Shown: positions 46,809-56,748 of the stretch, one piece after another | How the letters are laid out: every line of letters starts with the position of its first letter | Position numbering within the stretch: the first letter of the stretch is position 1 | DNA from: a virus | IMG/VR virus record: IMGVR_UViG_3300036851_000360 | Location: 1-64,000 of that record | Length of the DNA stretch: 64,000 nt | Reading direction: 5' to 3' (one strand) | The notes under the pieces: model-generated | Databases searched by the model: none | What the model saw: the letters and a program-made list of their open reading frames with translations, nothing else | What the model was told of the DNA's origin: nothing | Program-made: the position numbers and the translations under genes

Positions 46809-47033
46809 TCAGAGCACCGTGACCCGGTGCCCGCGGGCGAGGGTGCGAACCTCGCTCGAATCCAGGGCGTAGTCCACGAACCGCACGCCCTGGCGGACGG
46901 CCGTGACCTCCAGGCCGACCGGCTGAAAGCCGTTGCGCGTGCGGCGGTACTCGCGCACCACCATGCCCTCCAGTAGGTCCTCAACCGCCACGTCGGCGGT
47001 CGGGTTGGCGACCTGCGGGTCGAGAGCGAACAT
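46809..47033 (-). CDS. Small hypothetical protein (beta-rich, 74 aa)
   Basis: GAGGAG RBS; upstream TTGCCA-18-TATGTT promoter with a ccgccc/gggcgg palindrome in the spacer. Confidence 0.6.
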   Translation of the reverse strand: MFALDPQVANPTADVAVEDLLEGMVVREYRRTRNGFQPVGLEVTAVRQGVRFVDYALDSSEVRTLARGHRVTVL

Positions 47034-47177
47034 GGCCCCTCCTCGGGGTCCGGGCGGCCCCCGGCTGGGGCCGCACTGGGCGGGTGTCCGTCTCGATGAG
47101 AGAAACATATCCGCCCAGGTAGGGCGGTGGCAAGCTACCCGCTGCAAGTTCACTCGGTTGGGGTAGCAAGCCACCCG

Positions 47178-47399
47178 TCACATGAGGCTGATCAGGGCAT
47201 TGGTGAGCGCGTTGCCGGCCTTGTCCGCGCGTGCGCGCCGGGCTCGGTCGTACCGGAGCGTGGTCGACAGGTACCGGTGGCCGAGCTGCATCTGTACGTC
47301 TCCGACGGACGCGCCGGTGTCGAGCATCAGCGTGGCGCAGGTGTGGCGGAGCCCGTGCATGGTGCGGAAGTCCTGACCCGCGAGCCGTGAACTTGCTGG
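47178..47399 (-). pseudogene. C-terminal remnant of a tyrosine recombinase
   Basis: HGLRHT...QLGH..LSTTLRYDR catalytic motifs; in-frame stop 14 codons upstream of the ATG; no N-terminal or core domain in the window. Confidence 0.82.
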
Positions 47400-47467
47400 T
47401 CAGGGCGCTATAAGGTTCACATGGTACTAGCGAAACCCGAGCTCGCAGATGGACTACTATCCCCCAT

Positions 47468-48955
47468 GTGTCCGACTCGTACAGGCCGAGGCCGCGCGCA
47501 GGGCAGTACCTGCGCGTCAGCCTGGACCGCTCCGGCCGTGCCCGGTCCGTCGACGAACAGCAAGTTGACAACGAGCGGGCCGCCGGCGAGCACGGATGGG
47601 AGATCGTCGCCAACTACGCCGACCCCAACCGGTCCGCAAGCCGATACGCAACGAAGCTGCGGGAGAACTACCTGCGCCTGCTCGAGGACATCCGCAAGCG
47701 CGAGCTTGACGTCCTGATCATTTGGGAGCCGTCGCGCGGATCCCGCAAGGTGTCGGAGTGGGTGGAGCTCATCGAGGTCGCCGAGACAGCGGCGGTCAAG
47801 TTCCACGTCACGTCCCACGGACGTACCTACGACCCTGCGAGGCCACGTGACCGGCGCTCTCTCCTCGAGGATGCTGTCGACTCTGAGTATGAGTCGGGGA
47901 AGAACTCGGAGAGGGTGAAACGCTCGACCGCTGCCTCGGCCGAGGCAGGCCGCCCGTTCGGGTCGATCCCCTTTGGGTACCGGCGGGAGTACGAGGCTGG
48001 GTCGACCAGCCCGACCGCACAGGTCCCCGACCCTGAGACAGCCCCTGTCGTCCAGGAGATTGTCGCCCGCATCCTGGCGGGCGACCCGCTGCACCGGATC
48101 GCGATGGATTTGAACCGACGGGGTGTGTTGACACCGCAGATGGTCCGCGACCGCCGTCTCGGGCGTGAGGGTGTGCGCCGGGGTGGCTGGAACAACCCGA
48201 AGATTCGGAAGTTGTTGTCGTCGCCGACGATGGCGGGGTGGCGGGTTCATCAGGGCGAGGTGTTCGGCCCGGCGATGTGGAAGCCGCTCGTCGCTCCGGC
48301 GGACCACGCGGCCGCGCTGGCGATCATCAACGATCCGAGCCGGCGGACGCAGCGGGGGACGGAGCCGAAGTTCCTGCTGTCGGGGATCGCGGAGTGTGGG
48401 GTGTGCGGCGGCTGGTTGCGCCGCTTTCCCAACCGTGGGCACCAGTCGTACGGCTGCGCGGGACGGAACAACCAGAACGACGGACATGTGGTGCGCCGCG
48501 CGGAGCATCTCGACGCGATGGTGGTGAAACGTGTCGTGGAGCGTCTGCGGGACCCGGGCCTGGCGGAGGGGCTGGCGCGGCGGAGAGCAGCGGCGGATGA
48601 GTCCGCTGCGGAGGCGGCGCGGGAGCTGGCGGCTCTGCACAGGCAGCTCGCCGACTACGAGGTGAAGGCGCAGCAGGGCGGCGTGTTGGCGGCCTCGTTC
48701 GAGCGGGTCGCGCTGGGAATCGCTCAGCAGATCGAGGCCGCGCGGGCGCGTCTGGTGACGTCGGCGGTTGTCCCAGCGGGCGTACTGGATTTGGCCGGCC
48801 CGGATGCCGCCGTACGGTGGGCGGCCATCCAGGACGACATTGTGAAGCAGCGTCTCATTGTGCGTTCGCTCGTGCAGGTGATTGTGCATCGGTCGAATGC
48901 GCCGCGTGGGTCGCGGGTGTTTGACGAGTCGTCGGTCGAGATCGTGGATCGTTAG
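47468..48955 (+). CDS. int: Large serine integrase
   Basis: YLRVS catalytic Ser; SAS..R, SRGSR; recombinase domain; Zn ribbon LLSGIAECGVCG...YGC; coiled coil. Confidence 0.95.
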   Translation: MSDSYRPRPRAGQYLRVSLDRSGRARSVDEQQVDNERAAGEHGWEIVANYADPNRSASRYATKLRENYLRLLEDIRKRELDVLIIWEPSRGSRKVSEWVELIEVAETAAVKFHVTSHGRTYDPARPRDRRSLLEDAVDSEYESGKNSERVKRSTAASAEAGRPFGSIPFGYRREYEAGSTSPTAQVPDPETAPVVQEIVARILAGDPLHRIAMDLNRRGVLTPQMVRDRRLGREGVRRGGWNNPKIRKLLSSPTMAGWRVHQGEVFGPAMWKPLVAPADHAAALAIINDPSRRTQRGTEPKFLLSGIAECGVCGGWLRRFPNRGHQSYGCAGRNNQNDGHVVRRAEHLDAMVVKRVVERLRDPGLAEGLARRRAAADESAAEAARELAALHRQLADYEVKAQQGGVLAASFERVALGIAQQIEAARARLVTSAVVPAGVLDLAGPDAAVRWAAIQDDIVKQRLIVRSLVQVIVHRSNAPRGSRVFDESSVEIVDR

Positions 48956-49251
48956 AGGTCGCTGGGGAGCGGTGGTACGAGTACGAGGCGCCGTTCGTGG
49001 CGGGCGGCGGGTGTTGCTGCCGGCCCGCAGAGCAGGAGGTTGAGGAACTGGCCGAGCTGCCAGGCCTGGTTGAGCGGGTGCGCGTTTTTGCGGATGTAGA
49101 CGGTGCGGGTGTAGTCGTTCAGTTCGCCGAGGATCTCGTCGGACATCTCGACGTACTGGACGGTGACCCCGATGCTGCGGAGCACTTCGACGAGGTCGAG
49201 CATCTCGTTCAGGTGCTGGCGTGGATCTGGCTGCGCTGCCGCAACACCCAT
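48952..49251 (-). CDS. ImmA/IrrE-like protein lacking HExxH
   Basis: GVTVQY...GELNDYTRTVYIRK resembles the ImmA N-terminal fold; position between repressor and integrase. Confidence 0.5.
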   Translation of the reverse strand: MGVAAAQPDPRQHLNEMLDLVEVLRSIGVTVQYVEMSDEILGELNDYTRTVYIRKNAHPLNQAWQLGQFLNLLLCGPAATPAARHERRLVLVPPLPSDL

Positions 49252-49365
49252 CGGGAGACCTTCTTTCACTCGCCTGGCTGTGTGGTGGGAGGGCCGTCCG
49301 GGGTCTGGGGTCAGCCTGTCGGGTCGGCACGTGCCGACCCTTCTTCGGCCATGCGGACGTGCACG

Positions 49366-49818
49366 TTACTCAGTTCCGCCACCGTCGGCGACCCTTCGAT
49401 CACTGCTGGTTGGTGGGGTGTGGGGTTCTTCGATGGGTGCATCCTCGGTGTACCAGCGGAAGTAGCCGGTTTGTCCGGGGTGGATGGGTTCGTCGGCTTC
49501 TCGTCGGGAGGCTAGGCGGCGGGCTAGTTCGGCGACGAGTTCGAGGTCGTGGGCTTCGCCGAGCCTAGGCCCGAGGTCGGCGGGGGCGATGTCGGGTGTG
49601 GGCTCGGCTGTTTCGACTGTTTTGGCTGGTTCGTCGGTGAGGGAGTCGTGGAGGTACTCCTCGAGCCGTTCGATGTTGGGGGAGCGGTGGACCTGGCCGC
49701 GCTCGATGCGGGCGACGGTCTTGGGGTCGATTTGGAGGATCTCGGCGAGTTCGCGGCGGCTGAGTCGCCGGCGTTCGCGTGCTCGTCGGAGGTGTTCGCC
49801 TCTGATGGTGTCGTTCAC
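49366..49818 (-). CDS. Immunity repressor (XRE HTH)
   Basis: GEHLRRARERRRLSRRELAEILQIDPKTVARIERG; GTG 8 nt after TAGACT; divergent from the Cro-like gene. Confidence 0.88.
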   Translation of the reverse strand: MNDTIRGEHLRRARERRRLSRRELAEILQIDPKTVARIERGQVHRSPNIERLEEYLHDSLTDEPAKTVETAEPTPDIAPADLGPRLGEAHDLELVAELARRLASRREADEPIHPGQTGYFRWYTEDAPIEEPHTPPTSSDRRVADGGGTE

Positions 49819-49826
49819 GGCCCCGG

Positions 49827-50002
49827 AGTCTAGGGCACAATAGGACACACGCGGTGTCCCTACCAGGTTGTTTTCAGACATGCCTAGGCTCCCCGTCTGT
49901 CCCCGTCACAGCTCTGAGAGTGACTGATCAGGGCAGAAAAGGCCAGTCCTAGCAATGACAGCATTGACGGGCGGGACACGTAAGGGCACAATAGGACACA
50001 TG
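49827..50002. promoter_or_regulatory. Lysis/lysogeny switch: divergent leaderless promoters with repeated operators
   Basis: agggcacaataggacaca at 49832-49849 and 49983-50000; TTGACG-17-CACAAT-7-ATG. Confidence 0.82.
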
Positions 50003-50263
50003 TACAGCCGACTGATCGACGCCGAGGCGTTCCTCGCCCGCTGCGCCGCGGCCGACTTGACCCTGAAGGAGCTCGCCGAGCGGAGCCTTCTCTCCGAAAG
50101 CATGGTCAAGAAGGTCTGCTACGGCCGCCGGCAACTCGCCGACCACGCCGCCCACCGGGTCGCGAAGGTCCTCGGGTGTCATCCCAACGACTTCTCCGTC
50201 CCCAAGCCGGTCGACCGCCCGCCAGCGCCGAACCCTGACCTGTCCGACTGCGAAGCGGCATGA
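50000..50263 (+). CDS. Cro-like HTH protein
   Basis: LTLKELAERSLLSESMVKKVCYGRRQ...RVAKVLG; first gene of the rightward operon. Confidence 0.8.
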   Translation: MYSRLIDAEAFLARCAAADLTLKELAERSLLSESMVKKVCYGRRQLADHAAHRVAKVLGCHPNDFSVPKPVDRPPAPNPDLSDCEAA

Positions 50264-52176
50264 CCTACGACGAGGCCCTCGCCATCCTCGGCCCCGAGCT
50301 GGTTGCCCGCATGAACGAGCGCCTCGGCCCGCCCGCTCCGCTGTCCGAGGAGCAGATCACGCTGCTCGTCGGCATCCTCGGCGACCTCCCAGACGAACCG
50401 TCTGCCACCGCCGCCTGAACCCCGCAACACGACGCAGCCCCCCACCGCCGTAACGGTGGAGGGCTAGTCGAACGACCACAAAGGAAGGCTGCCCCAAGTG
50501 ATCGTCGATCCCACGATACCTGCCCGACCGGATGATCAGGCTGGCCGGCATCGAGTTCGCCGTGGCGCCACGTGCCCCGACACGGGTCGCATCGTCGGTA
50601 AGACGTTGCCCCAGTTCAGGGCGAAGGCGATCATCCGCCGCAACGAGGGCGACCTTGAGCCGCGCACCCGGCGGGCACGATGAGCGGCGCGGGCCACAGC
50701 GCATGCGCTGACTACGTCCGCCGCTTCTTCGACGAGCAGGGCATCGAGGTGACCATCGCGACCGTCCCACCACTGGTCGCCGGGACGTACACCGAGCCAG
50801 GCATGACCTGCCCTCACGGCACGACCTACTGGTTCGAGCCGACTGGTGACCAGATCGCGGCGTGGGCTCGGGACGGTGTCGCATGAGGGCTGGCGGCTGC
50901 TATGTCGAGACGTTCGTCGAGGACGACGGCGGATGGGGCTGGCAGTGCTTCGACTGCGAGACCGAAGGTGCCGGGTTCGCCAACCTCGGGGCAGCTGAGG
51001 CGGCTGGTGAGCACCACCGCGTCGAGGTCGCCACCCAGGAGCTCATCGAGGAGGGGGAACTGCCGTGACCACCAAACGCCGCAACGCGCCGATGCCTGCC
51101 CGGCGGATGCGTGAGGCCGTCACTCTGGCTGCTGAGCTGGAGTTGCGTGTGGAGAACCAGCGTCTATGGGAGCAGTTCGTGGCGTCGACCGCCGACGTGG
51201 ACTGGCTGCGTGAGGAGCGCGACGAGTGGCGTGCTGCCGCGCACGAGGCTGAGGGTGATGTGGCGGCGCTCCGTCAGATCCTTTCGGTGCAGAGCGACAC
51301 GATCGCTGCCCTGCGCGAGCAGCTCGGCACGGCGCACGAGGACGGAGGGCGAGACCGATGAGCGACGAGACTTCAGTCATCTACCACGTCATCTCGTACG
51401 CCGACTGGGCGAACCTGGGGTGGACGGACTGCTGTCACCGCCTGGTGGCCGAGCTTCCGAAGGACGACGTGTGCGTGCCGCCGGGGGACCGCGAGCCGGG
51501 TGCGATGCGCTGCGACGGAGGGCGAGACCGATGAGCGTGCACCGACCCGAGGTGGTCGCCCAGTGCATCGCACAGGTGCGGGCCTGGCAGGGCAGTTCGA
51601 ACGAGGGGCTGGCACCGACCCGGACGCAGTGCGGCGTGCTCGCCGACGAGGTCGAGCGGCAGCGCGCCCCGATCGACTGGCCGCCCCGGTTCCGCGCCGC
51701 CGCGGACGCAGCCAGGGCAGCGGGCTACGTGGACGCCGCCGAGCACTTCCGCGCGCTATCCAACAACGTGGCACTGGACGTGGTCGAGGCCATCGGGCGC
51801 GCGCTGCGCGGAGAGACGTCGTGACCGCCGTCGCTGTCCTTGCCGCCGCTGCGCTGGCTGTGGCTGGCCCGGATCTGGTGACGATCGCGGGGGTGCTGCG
51901 CGGACGGGTTGGTCATCGGGTGCCGCGTGTGGGGTGGCTGGTCGGTGTCGTTGTCGCCACTCACACCGCTCTGGTTGTTGCGGGTCTGTCGAGGGGGATG
52001 TCGTGATGGACATGTTGTGGGCGGTTTACGGGTTCGGTTGGGTGCCGTGGGTGTTGGTCGCCTGGGTTGCGGTGGCTGTGGTGGTGGGCCTGGTTGTGGG
52101 GCGGATTGTGCGCCGGCGGGACAAGCAGGTGCCGCCGACGGTGCCTCCGTCTTCGGGGGCCGGCGGGCTGCCGTGA
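50260..52176 (+). other. Early operon 1: about nine small coupled hypothetical genes, the last two membrane proteins
   Basis: ORFs 50260-50418, 50498-50683, 50680-50886, 50883-51068, 51065-51361, 51358-51534, 51531-51824, 51821-52006, 52006-52176, mostly linked by ATGA/GTGA overlaps. Confidence 0.6.
51341..51537 (+). repeat. 24-bp perfect direct repeat flanking one gene
   Basis: gacggagggcgagaccgatgagcg at 51341-51364 and 51514-51537. Confidence 0.9.
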
Positions 52177-52200
52177 CGGGGCTGTAGCTGGGACGATGGG

Positions 52201-52242
52201 GCGCCGGGCAACCTTGAGGGGTGGCCCGGCGTCTTCTTTGTT
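52201..52242 (+). terminator. Intrinsic terminator
   Basis: gcgccgggc-acc / ggtggcccggcgt hairpin followed by cttctttgtt. Confidence 0.7.
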
Positions 52243-52269
52243 GGGTGTCTTAGTCTGTCCCTTCCACCC

Positions 52270-52308
52270 TTGACGGGTAGGACACTTTAGGGCACAATGG
52301 GACACATG
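52270..52308 (+). promoter_or_regulatory. Second copy of the repressor-type leaderless early promoter
   Basis: TTGACG-17-CACAAT-7-ATG, near-identical to 49964-50002. Confidence 0.85.
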
Positions 52309-55300
52309 GCTGCCCCACTACCCAGCACCACCCCGGAGCCCCAGCTCCGCCCCCCTGAGATCCCCGCCCCTGCCCCGCTGTGCGCGATGTGGCAGGGCCG
52401 CTGCGGTAACCCCGCCCACCTCATCGTCCACACCACGAAGCGAATCGGATCCCACGACGAGCCCATGTCGTGGCTGGTGTGCGACGCCACCCCCTGCTGG
52501 GACGCCGCACGCCGACACGCCGAGACGTACGGGCTCCGGTACGTGGACTCCCGCCGGATCACTCCCGCCGACATCGAAGCCATCACGAGGCGCGAGGCGG
52601 TGGCGGCATGAACACCACTGCACTTCCGGGTCGAACCGACGAGCTACTCGACGCGCAGACCACCGCCATCGCCTTCATCCGCGAGCACGGCCTCTACGCC
52701 GACAGCATCGACCTTCGCCTGGGTTCCACCACCGCCCGCCGGTGGAACCGGGAGACGCAGGACTTCGACCGTCCCTGCATGCCAATCAGGGCCACGGTCT
52801 GCATGTTCCGCCACCCGGAGGAGTTCCTCCGCTGGGCTGATGCGCTCCCGCCCGCGGACGTCCTCGTCAAGCGCCGCGACGGGGACACCTGCCTGAATCT
52901 GTACAGCGACCACGCCAACATCACCTGGGAGATCGCGTCGGGCATCAGCCGCCCTGAGACGGGGCCGCATCTGCCGGGGATCCCTGCGCCGTGGACGCGC
53001 AACCGGCGCCGTGCACTCACCGATCACGGCCGGATCTCCGCCGAACAGCTCCGCACCGTCCTGGCGACGCTGGGTGGTGCGTCATGACCACCTATCTGAT
53101 TGACCAGCGCGTGCAGGTGTTCATGCCCGACGTCCAGCGCCTCGTCCCCGGCCTCGTCCTGTCGGCCACCACCAGCTGTGTGCGGGTCTCGCTCGATGAC
53201 CGCATGGCTGTGGTGTCGGCGGACCCGGCTGACCACTTCCGCATCCACCCCATCGAGGCGGTGACCCATGCCTGACAACGACCTCGCCCGCGCCGTGGAG
53301 TGGGCCGAGCGTGCCGGCCAGCTCCGGTACTTCGTCCAAGAGCTCGTCGCCCTCGCCCGGCTCCACAACGCCCCCACCGGGTTCGTGGCGGAACAGGTCG
53401 CGCAACTCGCCGCCCAGGCCGAGCGGACCGAAGGGCTCGGTCTCGACGAGGAGGCGATCGCCCGGTCGGCAGAGACCCGGCAGCTCGCCGCCGACCTACA
53501 CCGGTCCCGCCGTCCGCGAAAGGGGCGCCGTGATGCCTGAGCGTCCCTGTCTCTGCTCAGGCGGTTTCACGTGCACACAGCACTTCACCGCCCAGGCCCG
53601 CCGACTGATGGCCGACAACAAGCTGGACGCGTTGGCGAAGGACTTCGTCGGCATCGATGACGACCAGTGGTGCGTCCTCGTCTACCTCCACGTCCAGGAC
53701 GACCTGGACCTCCTCCTGTTCGAGGGCGGCGCGTCGTGAAACCGATCCGCCATCCGGTCCAGACCACGTTCGTGGTGGGGCTCGAGCACTGGGTTGTCGT
53801 CCAACGCAACACCAAAGGCGGCTGGCGGGTCGTGGAGATCGCCGAACACGCCAGTCACATCGATTCCACCCATGTGTGGCGCCGCGACGCCGAAGTCGTC
53901 GCTGCCGCCATCGCGGTCGTCCGCAGTTTCAACACCCTCACCGCCGAGGACCACCGATGACCAACGCCAGCAGCGCTCTGCCGCACATCAACCTCGAGCT
54001 CGACGCTTACAAGCACCCCCACTTCGACGAATGGTGCTACGGCGAGGACCGCGGCCCATGGCAGGGCGGCTACCCGGTTGTCGCACAGCCCCGCTTCGAG
54101 GACGCCGGCCGGGTGTTCCAGGCGGCCGTCGACATCAAGTACCTCCGTCTTGAGCGCGACCAGCTACCCGAGTTCATCGCCTGGCTGACCGCCGTCTACC
54201 ACGCCACCAGCGAGGAGACCGGGTCGTGACCAACACCAACAGCGTCAGCTCGGACGACGCGTTCATCGACGGCATCGCCGCCATGCCCGCCTCAGACCAG
54301 CGCGGCGCCCTCATCGACGTCGTCCTCGACACCGCCACCTGGCAGATCGCCCAGCCGTCCGATGTGGACGGGAGGGCCCGGTGAACGGCTACCTCGACGA
54401 GGACTTGCCCCGCGATCAGCACTCGCTGGCGTGCCCCATCTGGCAGTCGGACGACCCCGCCGACGAATGCGACTGCGGCGCTGGTGACTTCCAGGTCGGC
54501 GTGCAGCAGAAGCTCGAGCGGTTCGAGTCGTACGAGGGGGTGCGGTGACGGGCGAACACAGCGGACCTGCCCAACGACTCCGACTGCCTCCAGGCCCATA
54601 TGTCCGACGCCTCGTGCCACTGCTCGCGCGCCGACTGGCTGGACGAGATGGTGCCCCGAGCGCGGGCCCGTACCGAGCTGCTCACCCACCTTGAGCGGTG
54701 GGCACGGGAGCGGGAGATCTTCGAGACCGGCGACCTGGAGCGGGCGTGCCGGGTCAACGTGCCCATGCCGACCGAGCCGCACCAAATCGCCTGGGAGATA
54801 TCGCCTCATCTGCGGGAATACCTGCGGATGGGCGGGAACATGGCCCAGTCGATCGTGCGCCAGACCTACCAGCAGATGGCGGTACGCGCGATCAACATGC
54901 GCAAGGAGTGCGCAGTCCGGCTCGCCGCGCTTGAGGCGGCGAAGCCGAAGGCTGCCCCCGAACCGGAACCCGCACCGCGACCGGCTGGTCTGGCCGAGCA
55001 GCTCGCCATGGCCATACCGGCCGGCGGTGTCGTCACCCTTCAGACGGCGGGGGAGCGGCTGTGATGAGTGGGCCTGACCCCGAACACCGGGGGCTGTGAT
55101 GTCCGACTGCTGCGGTGGGTGCGGTTCGTCGATGGTCCCCCGATCGTCAGGGGAATCCCGCGTCGACACACACGAGGGCCGCGGCCTGTGCCCTCCCTGC
55201 TACCGCCAAGCCCACTACACGGGCCGGTTGGACGAGTACCCGCGGCGGAGCTGGTCCCGGGAAGACGTGATGTCCGAGTGGGATCTGCTCCGGTCGGAGG

Positions 55301-55488
55301 GCTACACGCGTCGCGTCGCCGCTGACCGGTTGGGCATGAGGTGGGAGACGTTCGACCGCGCCTACTGGCGGGCCAGGGCAGCGGGTGATCCGCGGGCGGT
55401 GCCGGAGCAGGTGGCCAGCGACGCCGGCATCTGGACCATCCCCCCGACCCTGCGGCCACACGATCACACCATCGGGAGGGTGAAGTGA
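52306..55488 (+). other. Early operon 2: about eleven small coupled hypothetical genes
   Basis: ORFs 52306-52611, 52608-53087, 53084-53275, 53268-53540, 53533-53739, 53736-53960, 53957-54229, 54226-54384, 54381-54548, 54545-55064, 55096-55488; several with Cys clusters. Confidence 0.6.
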
Positions 55489-55769
55489 ACTGGCGATCAC
55501 AGGCGGCGTGTCTCGACGCCGACCCGGAGTTGTTCGCCGAGCAGAACAGCCACTCGACCGCCGACTGGACGCAGCTTCAGCGCACAGCGGATACGTACTG
55601 CCGTTTCTGCCCTTCCCTCCTTGAGTGCCGAGCTGAGGGGGACGCGAACCAGGAACGCGGCATCTGGGGCGGCCGATACCGCCGTGAACGGCACGGCAAG
55701 GTCAAGATGCGCACCCTCGTGGTCGTCGACACCCGCAAGCCGCGTATGCCGGCGAGGGCAGCGTCATGA
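55485..55769 (+). CDS. whiB: WhiB-family transcription factor
   Basis: WRSQAAC..DPELF, CRFCP...C and GIWGG motifs. Confidence 0.92.
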   Translation: MNWRSQAACLDADPELFAEQNSHSTADWTQLQRTADTYCRFCPSLLECRAEGDANQERGIWGGRYRRERHGKVKMRTLVVVDTRKPRMPARAAS

Positions 55770-55984
55770 ACCTCAGCCCCCGCGAATGGGACGTCCTCGT
55801 CGGCACAGCAGAGGGACTCACCGACGAAGAGATCGGCGCCCGCCTCTACATCACAGCCGGCACGGTGAAGATGTACGCCCGCCTACTGCGGGCCCGGCTC
55901 GGCGCCCGCAACCGCGCCCACGCCGTATCGATCGCCTACCAGCGGGGGCTGCTGGCCACCTCGTTCGAAGAGGTGGCGGCGTGA
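55766..55984 (+). CDS. Stand-alone LuxR-type HTH protein
   Basis: LSPREWDVL...GLTDEEIGARLYITAGTVK...LGARNRAHAV. Confidence 0.88.
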   Translation: MNLSPREWDVLVGTAEGLTDEEIGARLYITAGTVKMYARLLRARLGARNRAHAVSIAYQRGLLATSFEEVAA

Positions 55985-55988
55985 CCTC

Positions 55989-56171
55989 CTACGCCTCCGG
56001 GTCGACGCGCTTCGGGAGCCGAGCTCCGGGCTCGCGCAGCAGCCAAGCGATGACCTCGTTCAGCACCGCCGAGCGGTTCCGCTCGCCGTATGCCGTGCCG
56101 AACTTCTCCCACCGCTCCTTGTCGACGCGGAGGGACCGCACCGGGGTGTGGTCGGGGTTCGGGGACGGCAC
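55989..56171 (-). CDS. Ribbon-helix-helix-like regulator
   Basis: TPVRSLRVDKERWEKF...RNRSAVLNEVIAW; GTG 7 nt after TACGCT. Confidence 0.7.
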   Translation of the reverse strand: MPSPNPDHTPVRSLRVDKERWEKFGTAYGERNRSAVLNEVIAWLLREPGARLPKRVDPEA

Positions 56172-56188
56172 GGCGTCGAGCGTAGGTG

Positions 56189-56302
56189 CGTGTCCATACG
56201 CAGCACAAACGTTGTCGCCCAACCGGGCCTCCTCGCGTCCCTACAAGTGGACCACGGGGCCGCTTTGCGTGTCCATACAAGCCTGCGATATCGTGTCCAT
56301 AC
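56189..56302. promoter_or_regulatory. Divergent promoters with three CGTGTCCATAC operators
   Basis: Exact 11-mer at 56189, 56268 and 56292; TTGCGT-18-TATCGT rightward promoter. Confidence 0.78.
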
Positions 56303-56333
56303 ACGAACATCCGTTTACCTGTGGGGAAGCCGC

Positions 56334-56654
56334 ATGACCCAGCCGAACGCGATACCCATCGACGACCTCGCAACCTGGGTCGCCGCCTACCGCGAAGCGT
56401 GTCGTAACCGTGATCAATGGGGCGAAGTCGCCGACCGCGCCAAACAGCAGATCACCCAGCAACTCGAGCGCAACGCCGCCGACATCGGCACCGTCGACGG
56501 CCGCCCCGCGGTGAAGTGGACGGCCGTCACCACCCTCCGCCTCGACACCAAGGCACTCAAGGAGAAAGACCCCGAGCTCGCCGAGCGGTACACCGTCGAG
56601 ACCACGAGCCGCCGCTTCACCGTCCTCGACACCGGTGAGCCCGGGGCCGCGTGA
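56334..56654 (+). CDS. Protein resembling the C-terminal domain of YqaJ-type phage recombination nucleases
   Basis: VKWTAVTTLRLDTKALKEKDPELAERY...SRRFTV. Confidence 0.65.
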   Translation: MTQPNAIPIDDLATWVAAYREACRNRDQWGEVADRAKQQITQQLERNAADIGTVDGRPAVKWTAVTTLRLDTKALKEKDPELAERYTVETTSRRFTVLDTGEPGAA

Positions 56655-56748
56655 TGTGCACCTGCCGCGACCCCCTCGACCCGTGCGCACACTGCCAACG
56701 GCGGATCGACGACGCCGAGCACGCCCGCGAATACGGGCGTGACGTCTG

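Larger units (their letters stand above)
46560..47196. repeat. 19-bp direct repeats (1 mismatch) flanking a two-gene cassette
   Basis: tcacatgaggctggtcagg at 46560-46578 and tcacatgaggctgatcagg at 47178-47196. Confidence 0.8.

Noticed and set aside
47144-47396. 10-bp inverted repeat gcaagttcac/gtgaacttgc around the recombinase remnant as an invertible segment
   Set aside because: Too short and does not extend; may be chance or part of the att site
47417-49330. 637-aa minus-strand ORF
   Set aside because: Antisense shadow of the serine integrase
56304-56317. Possible SOS box CGAACatccGTTTA
   Set aside because: Two mismatches in one half-site and a single occurrence; suggestive position but insufficient support
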